A stretch of 63,464 nucleotides of DNA from a virus (lineage: Duplodnaviria > Caudoviricetes), in the IMG/VR virus record IMGVR_UViG_3300031140_000003, positions 1 through 63,464 of that record; one strand, given 5' to 3'. Position numbers and translations under genes: made by a program. The notes below the pieces were generated by a model that did not search any database, was not told where the DNA came from, and saw nothing but the letters and a program-made list of their open reading frames with translations. Of this stretch, positions 49,801 to 59,744 are shown one piece after another (position 1 is the stretch's first letter; the number at the start of each line of letters is the position of its first letter).

Positions 49801-51283
49801 TTCATGGTTACTTTTTACAATACCATCATACGGAGTCGGATGTATTAAAGTTATTTCAGTAGTTAGTGCTACTCAAATAATAGTTGATGGAACTCCATTA
49901 TATTTTGAAAACAATCCCTCTCCTGGAGAAGAACGAGGACCTATATTCTCACCGGTTCCAGTTAGTATATTAAATACAGTTCCACAAGGTACTCAGTTCT
50001 CTTATTGGAAAACAGGGTCTGCTGGATGGACTAATTTATTAGAAGAGGTTGTTTCATATAACTTCGCTAAGAGATTCAATAAATTCGGAGATATTAATTA
50101 TATTACAGTTGATAAAAAAGGAGAACATAAGAATCAATTTGTATTAGAAGTACAAGATGGTGTTGAGGTTGTTAAACCTTCAATATTAAATACAGAGTCT
50201 GATAGTGATCGTCCAAAATCATATCAGCTGTCTTCGACTGAGATTGGTAAAGTTATTAAAGAGAGAAGCGATGGTGGGTATTTTACAATACTAAGAAGAA
50301 TGAATGGGGAATATAACCCATTGTTCAAAGATTGTGTCAGTTTCACAGATATACATAACGATCAAAGCATACATCTACCAGAGGTTGGATCTAAAACAAT
50401 AGATATTAATGATGTGGGAGATGTTAGAGCTAATTTGGTTTATAGTAAGTTTAGAAATCTCGGAGTCGCGTTTGCATCATACAAAGACGTAGATGAAAAA
50501 TATGGTTTTATCAACAACATGCACTATCATAAAGTAAATAGTGATAATTCAAAAAACTTGTTAAAATTATCTGAAACGTCAGATAAATTGCCGTTATATC
50601 CTTTGATTGGTGAAATCGCTATTGATAAAAAGGACTTTAATATTTTTAAATCTAAATATGCAAGTGACTATTATACAAAGGCATTACCTGGAGGAAAAAG
50701 TGAACCAGTACATGGCACATTAAATCCTATAGAGCTAAAATCATTTATGGTTTCAACAATTATGAAAGTTAAAGATCATTATGATTTAACTAGTTTTTCA
50801 AAAACTAAAGAATCATCAATAGATTCGCTAGATCATATTAGATTTAATAAATTAAATACGTCAGCAATTCACTGGCTAGAAGAAGACTCTCAAATTATTG
50901 CAGATTTATATCTACCTAAGTCAATATATAATGAATTATTAGAGGATGGTATATTGTCTAAATTTGTAAAATATGTTACTCCAGAAAATTCATTCGGAGA
51001 CAAGTCTACAATTTCAGATGATTTGGAACAATATGTTTATTCAAATATTGTTAATAGATTTATAATTGATAACACTGAGGTATATGGGATTGCTGGTAAA
51101 AATTTAACAACAGACTTTGTATCTGTAGATTCACCTGAAAAATTAAAAGACGGAGGGTATACTGCACAAACTAATTTTGAAATTCAAGGGTATCAGAACG
51201 ATGGACTGAGTTTTAGATTAATATATAATAAAAAACTAGGCTATAAATATAATTTAAAGCTGCACATTAAAATACAAGCATAA
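46868..51283 (+). CDS. Large virion structural protein
   Basis: 1471-aa ORF in the structural operon. Confidence 0.55.
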   Translation: MAINFNIQNTEDNSSFAILRTNPKLTSNLKLVVDSVDNIFMSSFKASKLLSKVEYQKLNISADGTYSNDVARFFKGAPKNERFQTLRKYSDITPYSEYSYQYENEYNYGASFNATKLYDEQYKIFAPIWLDRRIPRKFVVYRVLDVDYKTKYEENTNGQNSRILDLLEYAAIVKTFDLTPKSNIGKYLDRHVFDKGMPSSVIDFNFAESGSIQYKGIDTSKGGFASKKDYIAEDYIQKDNLEIDSNELITQGFERHGLISANLVNMEFMFDDSSADNYEIYRYFGLYVDVVEEGSFDIDTVSTDGIISIKPNTMTSVYDVAPVGLTHEDMLPRTSDLKLPILSYINLGGDNFLHIKNNTYASGLKLSISGIDPLVDTNAFIKSDNKVNALSKKTSNKGFIKVEVVAKPNNNDRFYIGDKTEIEIESYSLYDFTLIADDSLGKGTFVGNKFSSAGTLNQIAIAISKLIENKTTYKVYQKDATFSIEDYADGDNRKRMSFGVYNSNNNSFLKIITGDLDNIGLLNQNIVIPLTSNTDFTQWTMYTATGGSSIGASFLVPINELGYIKVGQYIKHKDLSIYSKITNIITEHSDPDVYRIIIEKQFEAPADMVIQLYDKLRPSFGKFSAYDLKDFDFDFYNTSNSNISELNHEDDPSYFTGLSPVLFQEDPDDIYTAIDIMSEYDRLSENKLKETSLKSRITPTVLKYAMKNGTNARNLPYILNMNEAFGPNNLSPEIQLESGRNVDHLNMEHFHFNQIPMKYYDDNKLNDLSSYTSFTSTDGISIKQLKSTDIDYFSLYFKWNGVYNDQTSEWVDDKFKKLYTKLDNGTSELEPSTLFRGLRYIYKKRKEFEKTAPTSFTKTTETNSYKFGVTLNYNTGSNINSVSYNVVKNDIHKFICVVIDLNVKQNDVVSIDRTFMYNATDIILNNNVIDTEIPFNIDMSTPMFGSADQIPLNADQISIIDKSADFINNITRNAEGDYSWLLFTIPSYGVGCIKVISVVSATQIIVDGTPLYFENNPSPGEERGPIFSPVPVSILNTVPQGTQFSYWKTGSAGWTNLLEEVVSYNFAKRFNKFGDINYITVDKKGEHKNQFVLEVQDGVEVVKPSILNTESDSDRPKSYQLSSTEIGKVIKERSDGGYFTILRRMNGEYNPLFKDCVSFTDIHNDQSIHLPEVGSKTIDINDVGDVRANLVYSKFRNLGVAFASYKDVDEKYGFINNMHYHKVNSDNSKNLLKLSETSDKLPLYPLIGEIAIDKKDFNIFKSKYASDYYTKALPGGKSEPVHGTLNPIELKSFMVSTIMKVKDHYDLTSFSKTKESSIDSLDHIRFNKLNTSAIHWLEEDSQIIADLYLPKSIYNELLEDGILSKFVKYVTPENSFGDKSTISDDLEQYVYSNIVNRFIIDNTEVYGIAGKNLTTDFVSVDSPEKLKDGGYTAQTNFEIQGYQNDGLSFRLIYNKKLGYKYNLKLHIKIQA

Positions 51284-51287
51284 CCAC

Positions 51288-53678
51288 ATGTCAATAAGTA
51301 TTAAAGAAATATTTAAAAGTGATCTAGATCCTAACAATCCTAATTGGTGGGCTAAATCCAAAGTTGATAAACTTAATTTTAATTTTAATCAATTAGAGAA
51401 TGGAGGTATGCCAGGTCCTATTGGAGTACAAGGCCCTGATGGAATTACAGGTAATCTAGGATACGACGGCCCAGACGGAACAAAGGGACCTAATGGAAAT
51501 CAAGGTTTCATAGGTCTTGATGGATTTTCAACATGGGAAAAACATAATGATTCCTCAAAAACTAACAGTACTCTAACGCCAACTGAATCAGGACATCCTG
51601 AATTTTCAGCTGTTCCAGTTATTATTGGAGTACAATCAGGTCATAATATGTATGATAATTCATTGGACTGGGAAAGAACCCCAAGTGTGTTCTTCGGATC
51701 CCCTACTAGAAATAATATAAGTATGGGAGATGGTTTCGGGAACCGATCAGCCTTTCATTTAACTAATAATGGATTAGATGTCGGTAGAACTAGTTTACCG
51801 GGAACATCAAACCCGTTGAATATTAAGATTGATTTACAAAACTTAACACATAATTTATATAATTCAAACGGAAATATACTTGCTACTTTCACAGAATCAA
51901 TATTTACTACAGAGATTCCAGTTAGATCAGAAGACACTAAAATAGATACTTTAAAATACACGAAAAACATAGCAGAATCTAAAGTATTAACTTCTGTCAA
52001 TGATACAGGTGAAGTTGTTTGGAGAAATAAATACGAAGTATTTGGGGCACTTCCAGTAGGTTCTATTATGTCAATAGGTTCTGTTGATTTCAACGATACA
52101 AATTTTTACAAAGATATTAGCACGAGTGTTGATGTTAATAGTGGATTGCTTGAAGTATCATATGGAAGGGGAAGGGAAAACACTGCATTTGATGGATGGT
52201 ATTTATGTAATGGACAAACTTGGGATTATCAGGGTATTATTTCGTATTTAGTGCCTAATTTAAATTCTTTTAGGTATAGTATAGAAAGTGATGGTAATTT
52301 ACAAAGCATACATTCATCTGATGTTGCTAGTAATAATCCGGTTTTAATCGGGGGAGGTAATATATCTGTTGATTGTATATTTAACAGTGTAGATAGTACA
52401 TATGATGTAACAGGTTCTACCGATTCATCTGATATATTAACATCGTTTAATAGTGGAGGAACTACGCTTTCTCAAAATAAACAAATCCATCTTATTAATT
52501 TAGGAAACGCGCTACTTAGTTGGAAAACCGGAGCAGGTACTCAAATAGCAACAACACCTATTGTTTTATCAGACCCTAGTGATTCTTCTTTAATATCATG
52601 TTCAGCCTCTAGTCAAACGTATGATTGGACAGGTACTTCTAGTAATATATGGGAAGATCAACAAGACGATTTAAATGGTATTGTTTTATATGATTCTAAT
52701 TTATCTATTGCGCCTGCTAATAAATGGTATGCTAAAAATGGACTTTCTAGATTTTGGAATGGATCATCATTTACATTATTCGAAGCATGTGCTACTCAAA
52801 ATAACATATCTCTAAGGCATGACACTAGTGTTTTAAATTTAAACTGGACAATGCCTTTAAATGGTGTTACCCATGTAATAAATGAAAGCACATTTGCATT
52901 AGCAACAACATTAAACATAAATGGAGGAACTGCTCCTGTCGGTTGGTATAGAGAAACTGATCCTAATAACACAGTGTGGGTAAGAAGATATTGGAATGGT
53001 AGTTCATTTGGCCAAGATAATATATTAGATAATTTTGTAAAATATGCAGGTGAAATTGAGGTTTCATTTGGGATTGGATCACATTCTTGTACTTTTTCTG
53101 ATTCAGCACAGCATATATACTATTCAACAAATGTTCAATATCCGTTAGGAAGTAATATCTTAGAAAGAATTAATAGTTCTGATGGTATTGTTTTTGTTAA
53201 TAATGCGTTTGTAGATGTTAATGACGGAACATCTCATATATTAAAGATAAAAAATCAAATCAAAATAGGTGCTCAATTTCCATACGGATCTTTATTAGAT
53301 GCAGATACTACGCCTGACACAAGATCTGATATAACAAATAGTAGTCGATTAGATGGGGTATATCAATGCGGTGGTATTATCATAGATGGAGGTCAATATA
53401 TAACAGAAGCAAATAATGCTAATGGTAACGTAGTATTCGGTAGTATACACGTAAGTCAAGGAGGTCTTAGCATTAAAATAATAACTGCTGGGGGTATTTA
53501 TCGAAATGACCGAACAACATCAACCTTAAATATATCAGGTATGTCTATATATGAGGGAATCAGTGGTAGTACCCCAAGTGAACATTATATAACATTTAAT
53601 AATGCTGGAACATATACTTATATAATGTCAGCAGATTTCGAAGGAGAAGGCGGTAGTGTTACATTGTTAGTACCTTAA
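51288..53678 (+). CDS. Tail fibre with short collagen segment and tail-collar-like domain
   Basis: DKLNFNFNQL, about 10 Gly-X-Y triplets, LPVGSI...GWYLCNG...VPNL; repeated WY...R.WNGSSF. Confidence 0.75.
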   Translation: MSISIKEIFKSDLDPNNPNWWAKSKVDKLNFNFNQLENGGMPGPIGVQGPDGITGNLGYDGPDGTKGPNGNQGFIGLDGFSTWEKHNDSSKTNSTLTPTESGHPEFSAVPVIIGVQSGHNMYDNSLDWERTPSVFFGSPTRNNISMGDGFGNRSAFHLTNNGLDVGRTSLPGTSNPLNIKIDLQNLTHNLYNSNGNILATFTESIFTTEIPVRSEDTKIDTLKYTKNIAESKVLTSVNDTGEVVWRNKYEVFGALPVGSIMSIGSVDFNDTNFYKDISTSVDVNSGLLEVSYGRGRENTAFDGWYLCNGQTWDYQGIISYLVPNLNSFRYSIESDGNLQSIHSSDVASNNPVLIGGGNISVDCIFNSVDSTYDVTGSTDSSDILTSFNSGGTTLSQNKQIHLINLGNALLSWKTGAGTQIATTPIVLSDPSDSSLISCSASSQTYDWTGTSSNIWEDQQDDLNGIVLYDSNLSIAPANKWYAKNGLSRFWNGSSFTLFEACATQNNISLRHDTSVLNLNWTMPLNGVTHVINESTFALATTLNINGGTAPVGWYRETDPNNTVWVRRYWNGSSFGQDNILDNFVKYAGEIEVSFGIGSHSCTFSDSAQHIYYSTNVQYPLGSNILERINSSDGIVFVNNAFVDVNDGTSHILKIKNQIKIGAQFPYGSLLDADTTPDTRSDITNSSRLDGVYQCGGIIIDGGQYITEANNANGNVVFGSIHVSQGGLSIKIITAGGIYRNDRTTSTLNISGMSIYEGISGSTPSEHYITFNNAGTYTYIMSADFEGEGGSVTLLVP

Positions 53679-53725
53679 TATGTTGTAAAGAAAAAGAAAT
53701 ATATAAATAAAGATAAAAGTTAGAA

Positions 53726-56302
53726 ATGGCAATTAATTTAAAACAAATATCAACATTAGATACTGACAACTTAAAGTTGGACAAGGTTAATTATAACTTT
53801 GATCAGTTGGTTGCTAATGGAGGAGGACCTGCTGGAGTTCAAGGACCTTATGGTACTACTGGGTTTCAAGGAATCACAGGAGCACAGGGAGTACAGGGAA
53901 CTTTAGGAAATCAAGGATTTCAAGGGCCTCAGGGTAATAATGGACAAGGCATATGGAAAGTGAATACTGGTGGAAATACAAAAACACTATTACCAATACA
54001 TGATGTAGTTGATTTTCCAGCTAGAATCCACCCGCCAAGTGTACTTATAGGATTCAAATCAGATGATCCGGAATATGATGATAGTTATATTGAAGAGAAT
54101 GCATCTCTTGTTGTCAACAGACATACTAAGTTTTATAATAATTTAGAATTAAGATCTTTTGGAGTTACTAATAAATTTTTATACAGGCTAACGCATGACA
54201 ATAACGTTACAACGATGGAAACTAGATTTTCATTAGATGGTGGTGCATATAATCAACACGCTGATCTATTCACATGGTCAACTCCTTTATCGGCACAGCC
54301 TCTGATTTCTTTAGATTCTACGATGTTAGATATTAATGTTGCCTCAGATTTCGAGGATTTAACAGTTAACGGTATTTTTAAAATAGTTAATGGTTTACCA
54401 GATACTGGTAAAATTGCAGTTGCTAAAGATGTTACTGGTGAAATAGAGTTCAAATCAATAGAGGATATTGGGGGAGTTGTACCTGTTGGTACTATTGTTT
54501 CAGTCGATCCATCTTTTTATAATAACTCATTCATACAAACAGAGGTGGTACCATCTCCATTAAACGACGCAGTTGTTTTAACAGTTGGAGCTGGTTTTGG
54601 AAATTTTGCAGGTTGGTATTTATGTAATGGTAGAACTTGGAAAAATTCAACAGTATCTTATATCGTTGATGATCTAAACTCATTTTCTTACAATATACAG
54701 AATGATACAGATAATACTAATGCAAATAGCCAGGGAGATGCTGTATTAGTAAATAATAAAACGTCTTTAATTGGGGGAGCAGACTCACAAATGGATGCAA
54801 CGTTTACGCCGGGAGCAAACAACGTACCTGGAACATATAGTGTTAATGGTACTATATCGACATCACCAGTTGATATAACGTCAGGTACTGGTATTAATTT
54901 TACTATTAAAAAATTACCTCAAATAATATATTTAGGAGCCGTTGATTTACATTGGCAAGAATCAGGATTAGGTGCAAACGTAGTATTACCTACATTTGTT
55001 TTATCTGATTGGACTGGTAGCGTTTCTCTAATTAACAATGACGGAGACACTATATTGGAGAGAGTACTTGGTAATTCACCAATGGTTAACTTAACTAATA
55101 ATATAGGTATAAATTCAACTTACTCTATTATTTCTAATTCAACTTCAATAGATATAAAAGTACCTAATGGATATATTAATGCTGGTCAGTTTATAACTGG
55201 TTTATTTAATATAAATCAAGAAGCAGCGATCGAACCAAATTACACGTTAACTACAACTAATAATAGTGTTAGAACAAATTGGACACTTAGAACACTTAAT
55301 AATGTAAATGCTCCACTAGCACAATCTAATATGTCAGTTAGTGTATTGCCTGGAGGTACAGGAACTATAATAACATATGTCGTTCCTGATGCAGGATACG
55401 CTCTCCCTAATTTATTCGATATAACATGGACTGGCGATACGTCTAATACTGAGATTACACAAGCAGCGCATGGCGCTTATCAGATTAAAACGGAACATAT
55501 TAGCATGCATGCTAATATAAATAGCACTTATGTTTTCAGCATACAAGCTTCTTTAATTTATTATAATACAGCACAAACTGGTCAAGCTTCTAAAACTAAT
55601 TGTCCGCCTGGACAATCCCCTGATAGTCCAAACGTGTCAACTGTAACTAAACAAGCAGGTTCTTATAATAGTATTATATCGCAATTTAATGCAAATGCAA
55701 AAGCGCATTTTGCAGCAACACAGGATGCACAAATCCTTGCTAATTCAAGTGGCACATGTTCTACTGATAATACATGTCTGATTGAAGGAACTCAGGTAGA
55801 AATGAGTAACGGTACATTTAAGAATATTGAAAACATATTAGTAGGAGACAATGTTATGTCATTTAATATACATACAATGCCGTCTAATGATAATGTATCT
55901 CAATTATTAACATGGGAATCTCTTGAGTTAAATACAGATGAATCTATCGCTCGAGTAACAGGGAACACTGAGAGCATCTCAATGGAAATATTTAATATAA
56001 ATAATAATCTTTTAAAAGCAACTGCAAGTCATTTACATATAATTAAAAGAAATAATGTTTGGAAGATATCTAAAACTGAAAACATATTAGTTGGAGATTA
56101 TCTATTAAATAAAGATCTTACAACTACTATTATAACTACAATTGAGATTGAAAACGAAGATAATTATAAAGTGTATAAATTAGATGTAGAGGATGATGAT
56201 GTTTATGTTGCGAATGGAATAGTAACACATAATCTAAAAGACCCTGATGGGGAGAACGATGGTTTAGGAAATAATGGGCATAATAACGTCGGAATACAAT
56301 AA
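53726..56302 (+). CDS. Tail fibre with short collagen segment, collar-like domain, DUF5977-like module and C-terminal Hint domain
   Basis: DKVNYNFDQL, Gly-X-Y, VPVGTI...GWYLCNG, CLIEGTQVEMSNG...VYVANGIVTHN. Confidence 0.8.
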   Translation: MAINLKQISTLDTDNLKLDKVNYNFDQLVANGGGPAGVQGPYGTTGFQGITGAQGVQGTLGNQGFQGPQGNNGQGIWKVNTGGNTKTLLPIHDVVDFPARIHPPSVLIGFKSDDPEYDDSYIEENASLVVNRHTKFYNNLELRSFGVTNKFLYRLTHDNNVTTMETRFSLDGGAYNQHADLFTWSTPLSAQPLISLDSTMLDINVASDFEDLTVNGIFKIVNGLPDTGKIAVAKDVTGEIEFKSIEDIGGVVPVGTIVSVDPSFYNNSFIQTEVVPSPLNDAVVLTVGAGFGNFAGWYLCNGRTWKNSTVSYIVDDLNSFSYNIQNDTDNTNANSQGDAVLVNNKTSLIGGADSQMDATFTPGANNVPGTYSVNGTISTSPVDITSGTGINFTIKKLPQIIYLGAVDLHWQESGLGANVVLPTFVLSDWTGSVSLINNDGDTILERVLGNSPMVNLTNNIGINSTYSIISNSTSIDIKVPNGYINAGQFITGLFNINQEAAIEPNYTLTTTNNSVRTNWTLRTLNNVNAPLAQSNMSVSVLPGGTGTIITYVVPDAGYALPNLFDITWTGDTSNTEITQAAHGAYQIKTEHISMHANINSTYVFSIQASLIYYNTAQTGQASKTNCPPGQSPDSPNVSTVTKQAGSYNSIISQFNANAKAHFAATQDAQILANSSGTCSTDNTCLIEGTQVEMSNGTFKNIENILVGDNVMSFNIHTMPSNDNVSQLLTWESLELNTDESIARVTGNTESISMEIFNINNNLLKATASHLHIIKRNNVWKISKTENILVGDYLLNKDLTTTIITTIEIENEDNYKVYKLDVEDDDVYVANGIVTHNLKDPDGENDGLGNNGHNNVGIQ

Positions 56303-56305
56303 AAT

Positions 56306-57109
56306 ATGATTATACTAAAAAACATATTAGGAAATAAGACATTAATGCGATTCATAGGAATCGCTATTGTCGTTTTATTAGTCTTAAAACAATGTAATCA
56401 GATTTCAAATCTTAAAGAAGATTTACAAAGAACTGAAAATGTTGCAGAAAGAAACTTTAATAATTACAAGACTGCTCAAGATTCTATAAAAACTGAAGTA
56501 GATAAACATGGTAATTTAGTTTCTAAAATTGGAACATATGAATATGACATATCTACATTAAAGAAAGATAAGACAAATTTGTTGAATAGATATAATAAGG
56601 TTCTTAATGATAAGACTAAATTAGAAAATATAAATACATTAATATCTACTGATTTAATTATAAAGGATTCTATAATAGGATCAATTGTTGAAGTTACTCA
56701 AAATGCAGATACAATCTCTGTTAGTTTTAGTGACAACAAAAAATGGGATAAATATAACTGGAGAACATTTAATGGTGAACTTAGATTAACTAAATTAGAT
56801 TCATTATTTATTACGGATTCTTCTAAGTTTTATTTTAATCAAGGTATTAGTTTAACTACAGCGATAGTTGAGGAAGACGGTAGAGAAGTTTTAAGAATTA
56901 CAACACCATATCCTGGTTTGACTTTCACTTCTATGGAGAATATAAATATTGTTAATGATAAATTGAATCAAAGATATAAGAAAAAAGCAGGATGGTCAAT
57001 TGGGGTTGGAGTAGGTTATGGAATTAATCTAAACAATAATCAAATTATAAGTACTGGGCCTTCGATTGGAATTGGAGTATACTGGTCACCAAAATGGTTA
57101 AAATTTTAA
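56306..57109 (+). CDS. Membrane-anchored coiled-coil protein, possible spanin-like lysis protein
   Basis: N-terminal TM, coiled coil, C-terminal WSIGVGVGYG...IGIGVYW beta-hairpin. Confidence 0.5.
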   Translation: MIILKNILGNKTLMRFIGIAIVVLLVLKQCNQISNLKEDLQRTENVAERNFNNYKTAQDSIKTEVDKHGNLVSKIGTYEYDISTLKKDKTNLLNRYNKVLNDKTKLENINTLISTDLIIKDSIIGSIVEVTQNADTISVSFSDNKKWDKYNWRTFNGELRLTKLDSLFITDSSKFYFNQGISLTTAIVEEDGREVLRITTPYPGLTFTSMENINIVNDKLNQRYKKKAGWSIGVGVGYGINLNNNQIISTGPSIGIGVYWSPKWLKF

Positions 57110-57123
57110 AATAATAATAAACA

Positions 57124-59181
57124 ATGGCACAATCATCAAAATTTGCAAGACTTGACGAAGATATTCTATTAGAATTCATCTACCATGATCAAAGCGTTCC
57201 TGATACTGTTAAGATCGATAACGATGATAATGGTAGTCAATTAAAATACTTAAACACAGTATCTGGTAATAATAGTGCAGCTAGGATGTTAATTCATGAA
57301 TTAGGATCTGATGTTGTAAATTTTACAGTTAATATTGCAAACGGATATGTTTATGTTAATAATTTTGCATCTAGGGAACTTCTTGTTAAAAACGGATTAA
57401 CTTATAAATTTGATCTAAACGATGCATCTATTAATAATATTAATGGATTTTCAATAAATGGAAACCTACAAACTCCAGTAAATGGAATAGTAACATTCTC
57501 TCCTAATACAAACGGAACTTTCGTTTATTCTTATAAGGATTTAGCAGGAACTACTATGATAGGTGGAAATATAGTTGTTGGCGATAAAGCTAACTCACTA
57601 TGGGCAACACCGTTACAAGAAACTGGAAATACAATCAAAACCGCTCCGGGTGAAGGAGGACGCTACTACGCAGTACCTACTGATAATGCTAATGTTTTAG
57701 CTTTGTTAGATAATGGATTAAATTATTTAGATTCATCAGAATGGCAAGGTACTGATTCTTCAGGACTTAATATTGTGCCTAGTGGAGATGTTGATTCTGT
57801 TTGGTACGATACAATAAAATTGCACTTAAGAACAGGGTATTCCTTTAATAGTAGAGGATATGAAGGATTTTCTTTTCAAGTTAAAGTAAAAAGACAATCT
57901 GGAGAGTATGGTTATTTAACATCATTAGTTTATTTAAACTCTTCTAATTATGAGATTCAAAATCCACAACCATTTACATTAGCAGATAGTTCTTTCTCTA
58001 AATATATTGAAATTAAAGTACCTTCGCTAGTTCATATGAATAATCCTGCTAAGAATCAGGATATGGCAACAACATTCTTTGGAACTTCAACAGATTCTTT
58101 AATATCTTCGGCTAATTACGAAATTAAACTTGGATTAATTGGAGAGGTTAAAACAGTTAGCGGATATGATTACATAGAGATTGTCGCTGAAAACGACCTG
58201 ATATTATCACAAGAAGATGAATTCACAGATGTTTCAGTTAAATTAGAAGAAGCAACCGACGGAGATTATTTCAAAATATACGGAATGAAAGATGGTTCAG
58301 TCGCTGGTTTTGAAAATTATATAAATGGTAGGATCGCGGAATCTTCTGATGATATTACAGTATTTTATGATATTGAACTTAGTGAACAATTAGGATTAAA
58401 TTATATAAACACATATAGAACTAGCTTTTCACAAGTTGCAAATTATGACGAACCTATAATATATAGACCAGTTATTTTAAATGCAGGCGCAGCTAGTAGT
58501 TTTTTGCTTAGAGTAAATATGAGAATCTATAATGAAACGGACAATACTCAAATATTAAAAGTAGCGACTTTAGTTTATAATAAACCTAAGAAATACGGAA
58601 AGAGAATGACACAAATAAACCTGAGTGGTAATTATTCACCAACAGTGGTTTATAATAAAATGACGAACACTCAAGTTAACAGGGAATTAAATCAATTTGT
58701 AAATTCAATAAGACCATCTGTTGGAGAAACTAAATATGTTCCAGTTGCATTAGATACTTATGGTATTTTAGCAGGTTCAACTAATGTAACGTTAGACGGT
58801 ACTGATTCAATTGCAACTAATGAGATAAAATATAAACCAGAGGGAGAGGCTGTAGTATCTCTTTCTAAAGTTTCTGATAACTTTATTAAATTCAGTATTG
58901 CAAAACCTAAAGGAGATAATTTAGAATCTATTAGTTTGGTAAATGCAGAAGATATAATTCTTATTATTAAGAGTGGAACGATAGAGCAACAAATACACCA
59001 TGATCCTAATTTTCCTGATGTTGATTTAGGGAAAGGTGAAGTAATCTTCAAAGTAACAAAAAGCATTGCAACAAGATTCGATCAAAAAGACACAAATGTT
59101 AATCAAGATAAATTTTACATTAATTTAAAGAATGGTGTAACTGAGTCTTTATTATATCACGGTAAAGTAAACATTATATAA
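57124..59181 (+). CDS. Virion structural protein
   Basis: Long ORF in the late cluster. Confidence 0.5.
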   Translation: MAQSSKFARLDEDILLEFIYHDQSVPDTVKIDNDDNGSQLKYLNTVSGNNSAARMLIHELGSDVVNFTVNIANGYVYVNNFASRELLVKNGLTYKFDLNDASINNINGFSINGNLQTPVNGIVTFSPNTNGTFVYSYKDLAGTTMIGGNIVVGDKANSLWATPLQETGNTIKTAPGEGGRYYAVPTDNANVLALLDNGLNYLDSSEWQGTDSSGLNIVPSGDVDSVWYDTIKLHLRTGYSFNSRGYEGFSFQVKVKRQSGEYGYLTSLVYLNSSNYEIQNPQPFTLADSSFSKYIEIKVPSLVHMNNPAKNQDMATTFFGTSTDSLISSANYEIKLGLIGEVKTVSGYDYIEIVAENDLILSQEDEFTDVSVKLEEATDGDYFKIYGMKDGSVAGFENYINGRIAESSDDITVFYDIELSEQLGLNYINTYRTSFSQVANYDEPIIYRPVILNAGAASSFLLRVNMRIYNETDNTQILKVATLVYNKPKKYGKRMTQINLSGNYSPTVVYNKMTNTQVNRELNQFVNSIRPSVGETKYVPVALDTYGILAGSTNVTLDGTDSIATNEIKYKPEGEAVVSLSKVSDNFIKFSIAKPKGDNLESISLVNAEDIILIIKSGTIEQQIHHDPNFPDVDLGKGEVIFKVTKSIATRFDQKDTNVNQDKFYINLKNGVTESLLYHGKVNII

Positions 59182-59732
59182 TGATACTAAATAGCAGAAA
59201 TAACTTATTCAATTTTAAGTTCCCTCGTAATTTTATCCCAACTGAAGTAGCTGATAAATACAAGAAGTACTTGAATAGAATGCCAGGTAGTTTAATGACA
59301 GAACCTATTGATTTTGTAAATTATTCAATACAGGGCATGTCAGTTCCTGGGATTAGCTTTGATCCTATTGAACAAGCACCTAATGATGGAACTACAACGT
59401 ATCATAGAGGTTCAATACCAATACAAAATACAATTGAAAGACAATTTACAGTTGAAATGCAATTATTAGACGGTTATATTAACTATTGGATAATGCAAGA
59501 TACTCTTTTGTATTATTATTCAAAAACAAACAGGAAGCCATTTCTAGAAGATCTTAAGCTTCAAATAATGGATGCTGAGGGTATTCATATAATGAGTGCT
59601 GTTTTTGAGAAACCAATAATGAATTCAATAACTGAACTAGAACTTAACATGAGTTCTAACATTGCAGAATTTAATACGTTTACATTAAACTTTTATTATA
59701 ACAAGTTTAATTTAGTATTAGAAATAGATTAA
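59181..59732 (+). CDS. Tail tube-fold protein (gp19/gp3-like)
   Basis: Q...VPGI.F, F.V...L.D...NY, L...D, F...F.Y pattern. Confidence 0.5.
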   Translation: MILNSRNNLFNFKFPRNFIPTEVADKYKKYLNRMPGSLMTEPIDFVNYSIQGMSVPGISFDPIEQAPNDGTTTYHRGSIPIQNTIERQFTVEMQLLDGYINYWIMQDTLLYYYSKTNRKPFLEDLKLQIMDAEGIHIMSAVFEKPIMNSITELELNMSSNIAEFNTFTLNFYYNKFNLVLEID

Positions 59733-59744
59733 GATATATACTAT

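Noticed and set aside
9019-56233. The two Hint regions as a DGR TR/VR pair or as mobile splicing inteins
   Set aside because: Both are coding, differences are not adenine-specific, there is no reverse transcriptase in the window, and there is no homing endonuclease or +1 nucleophile.
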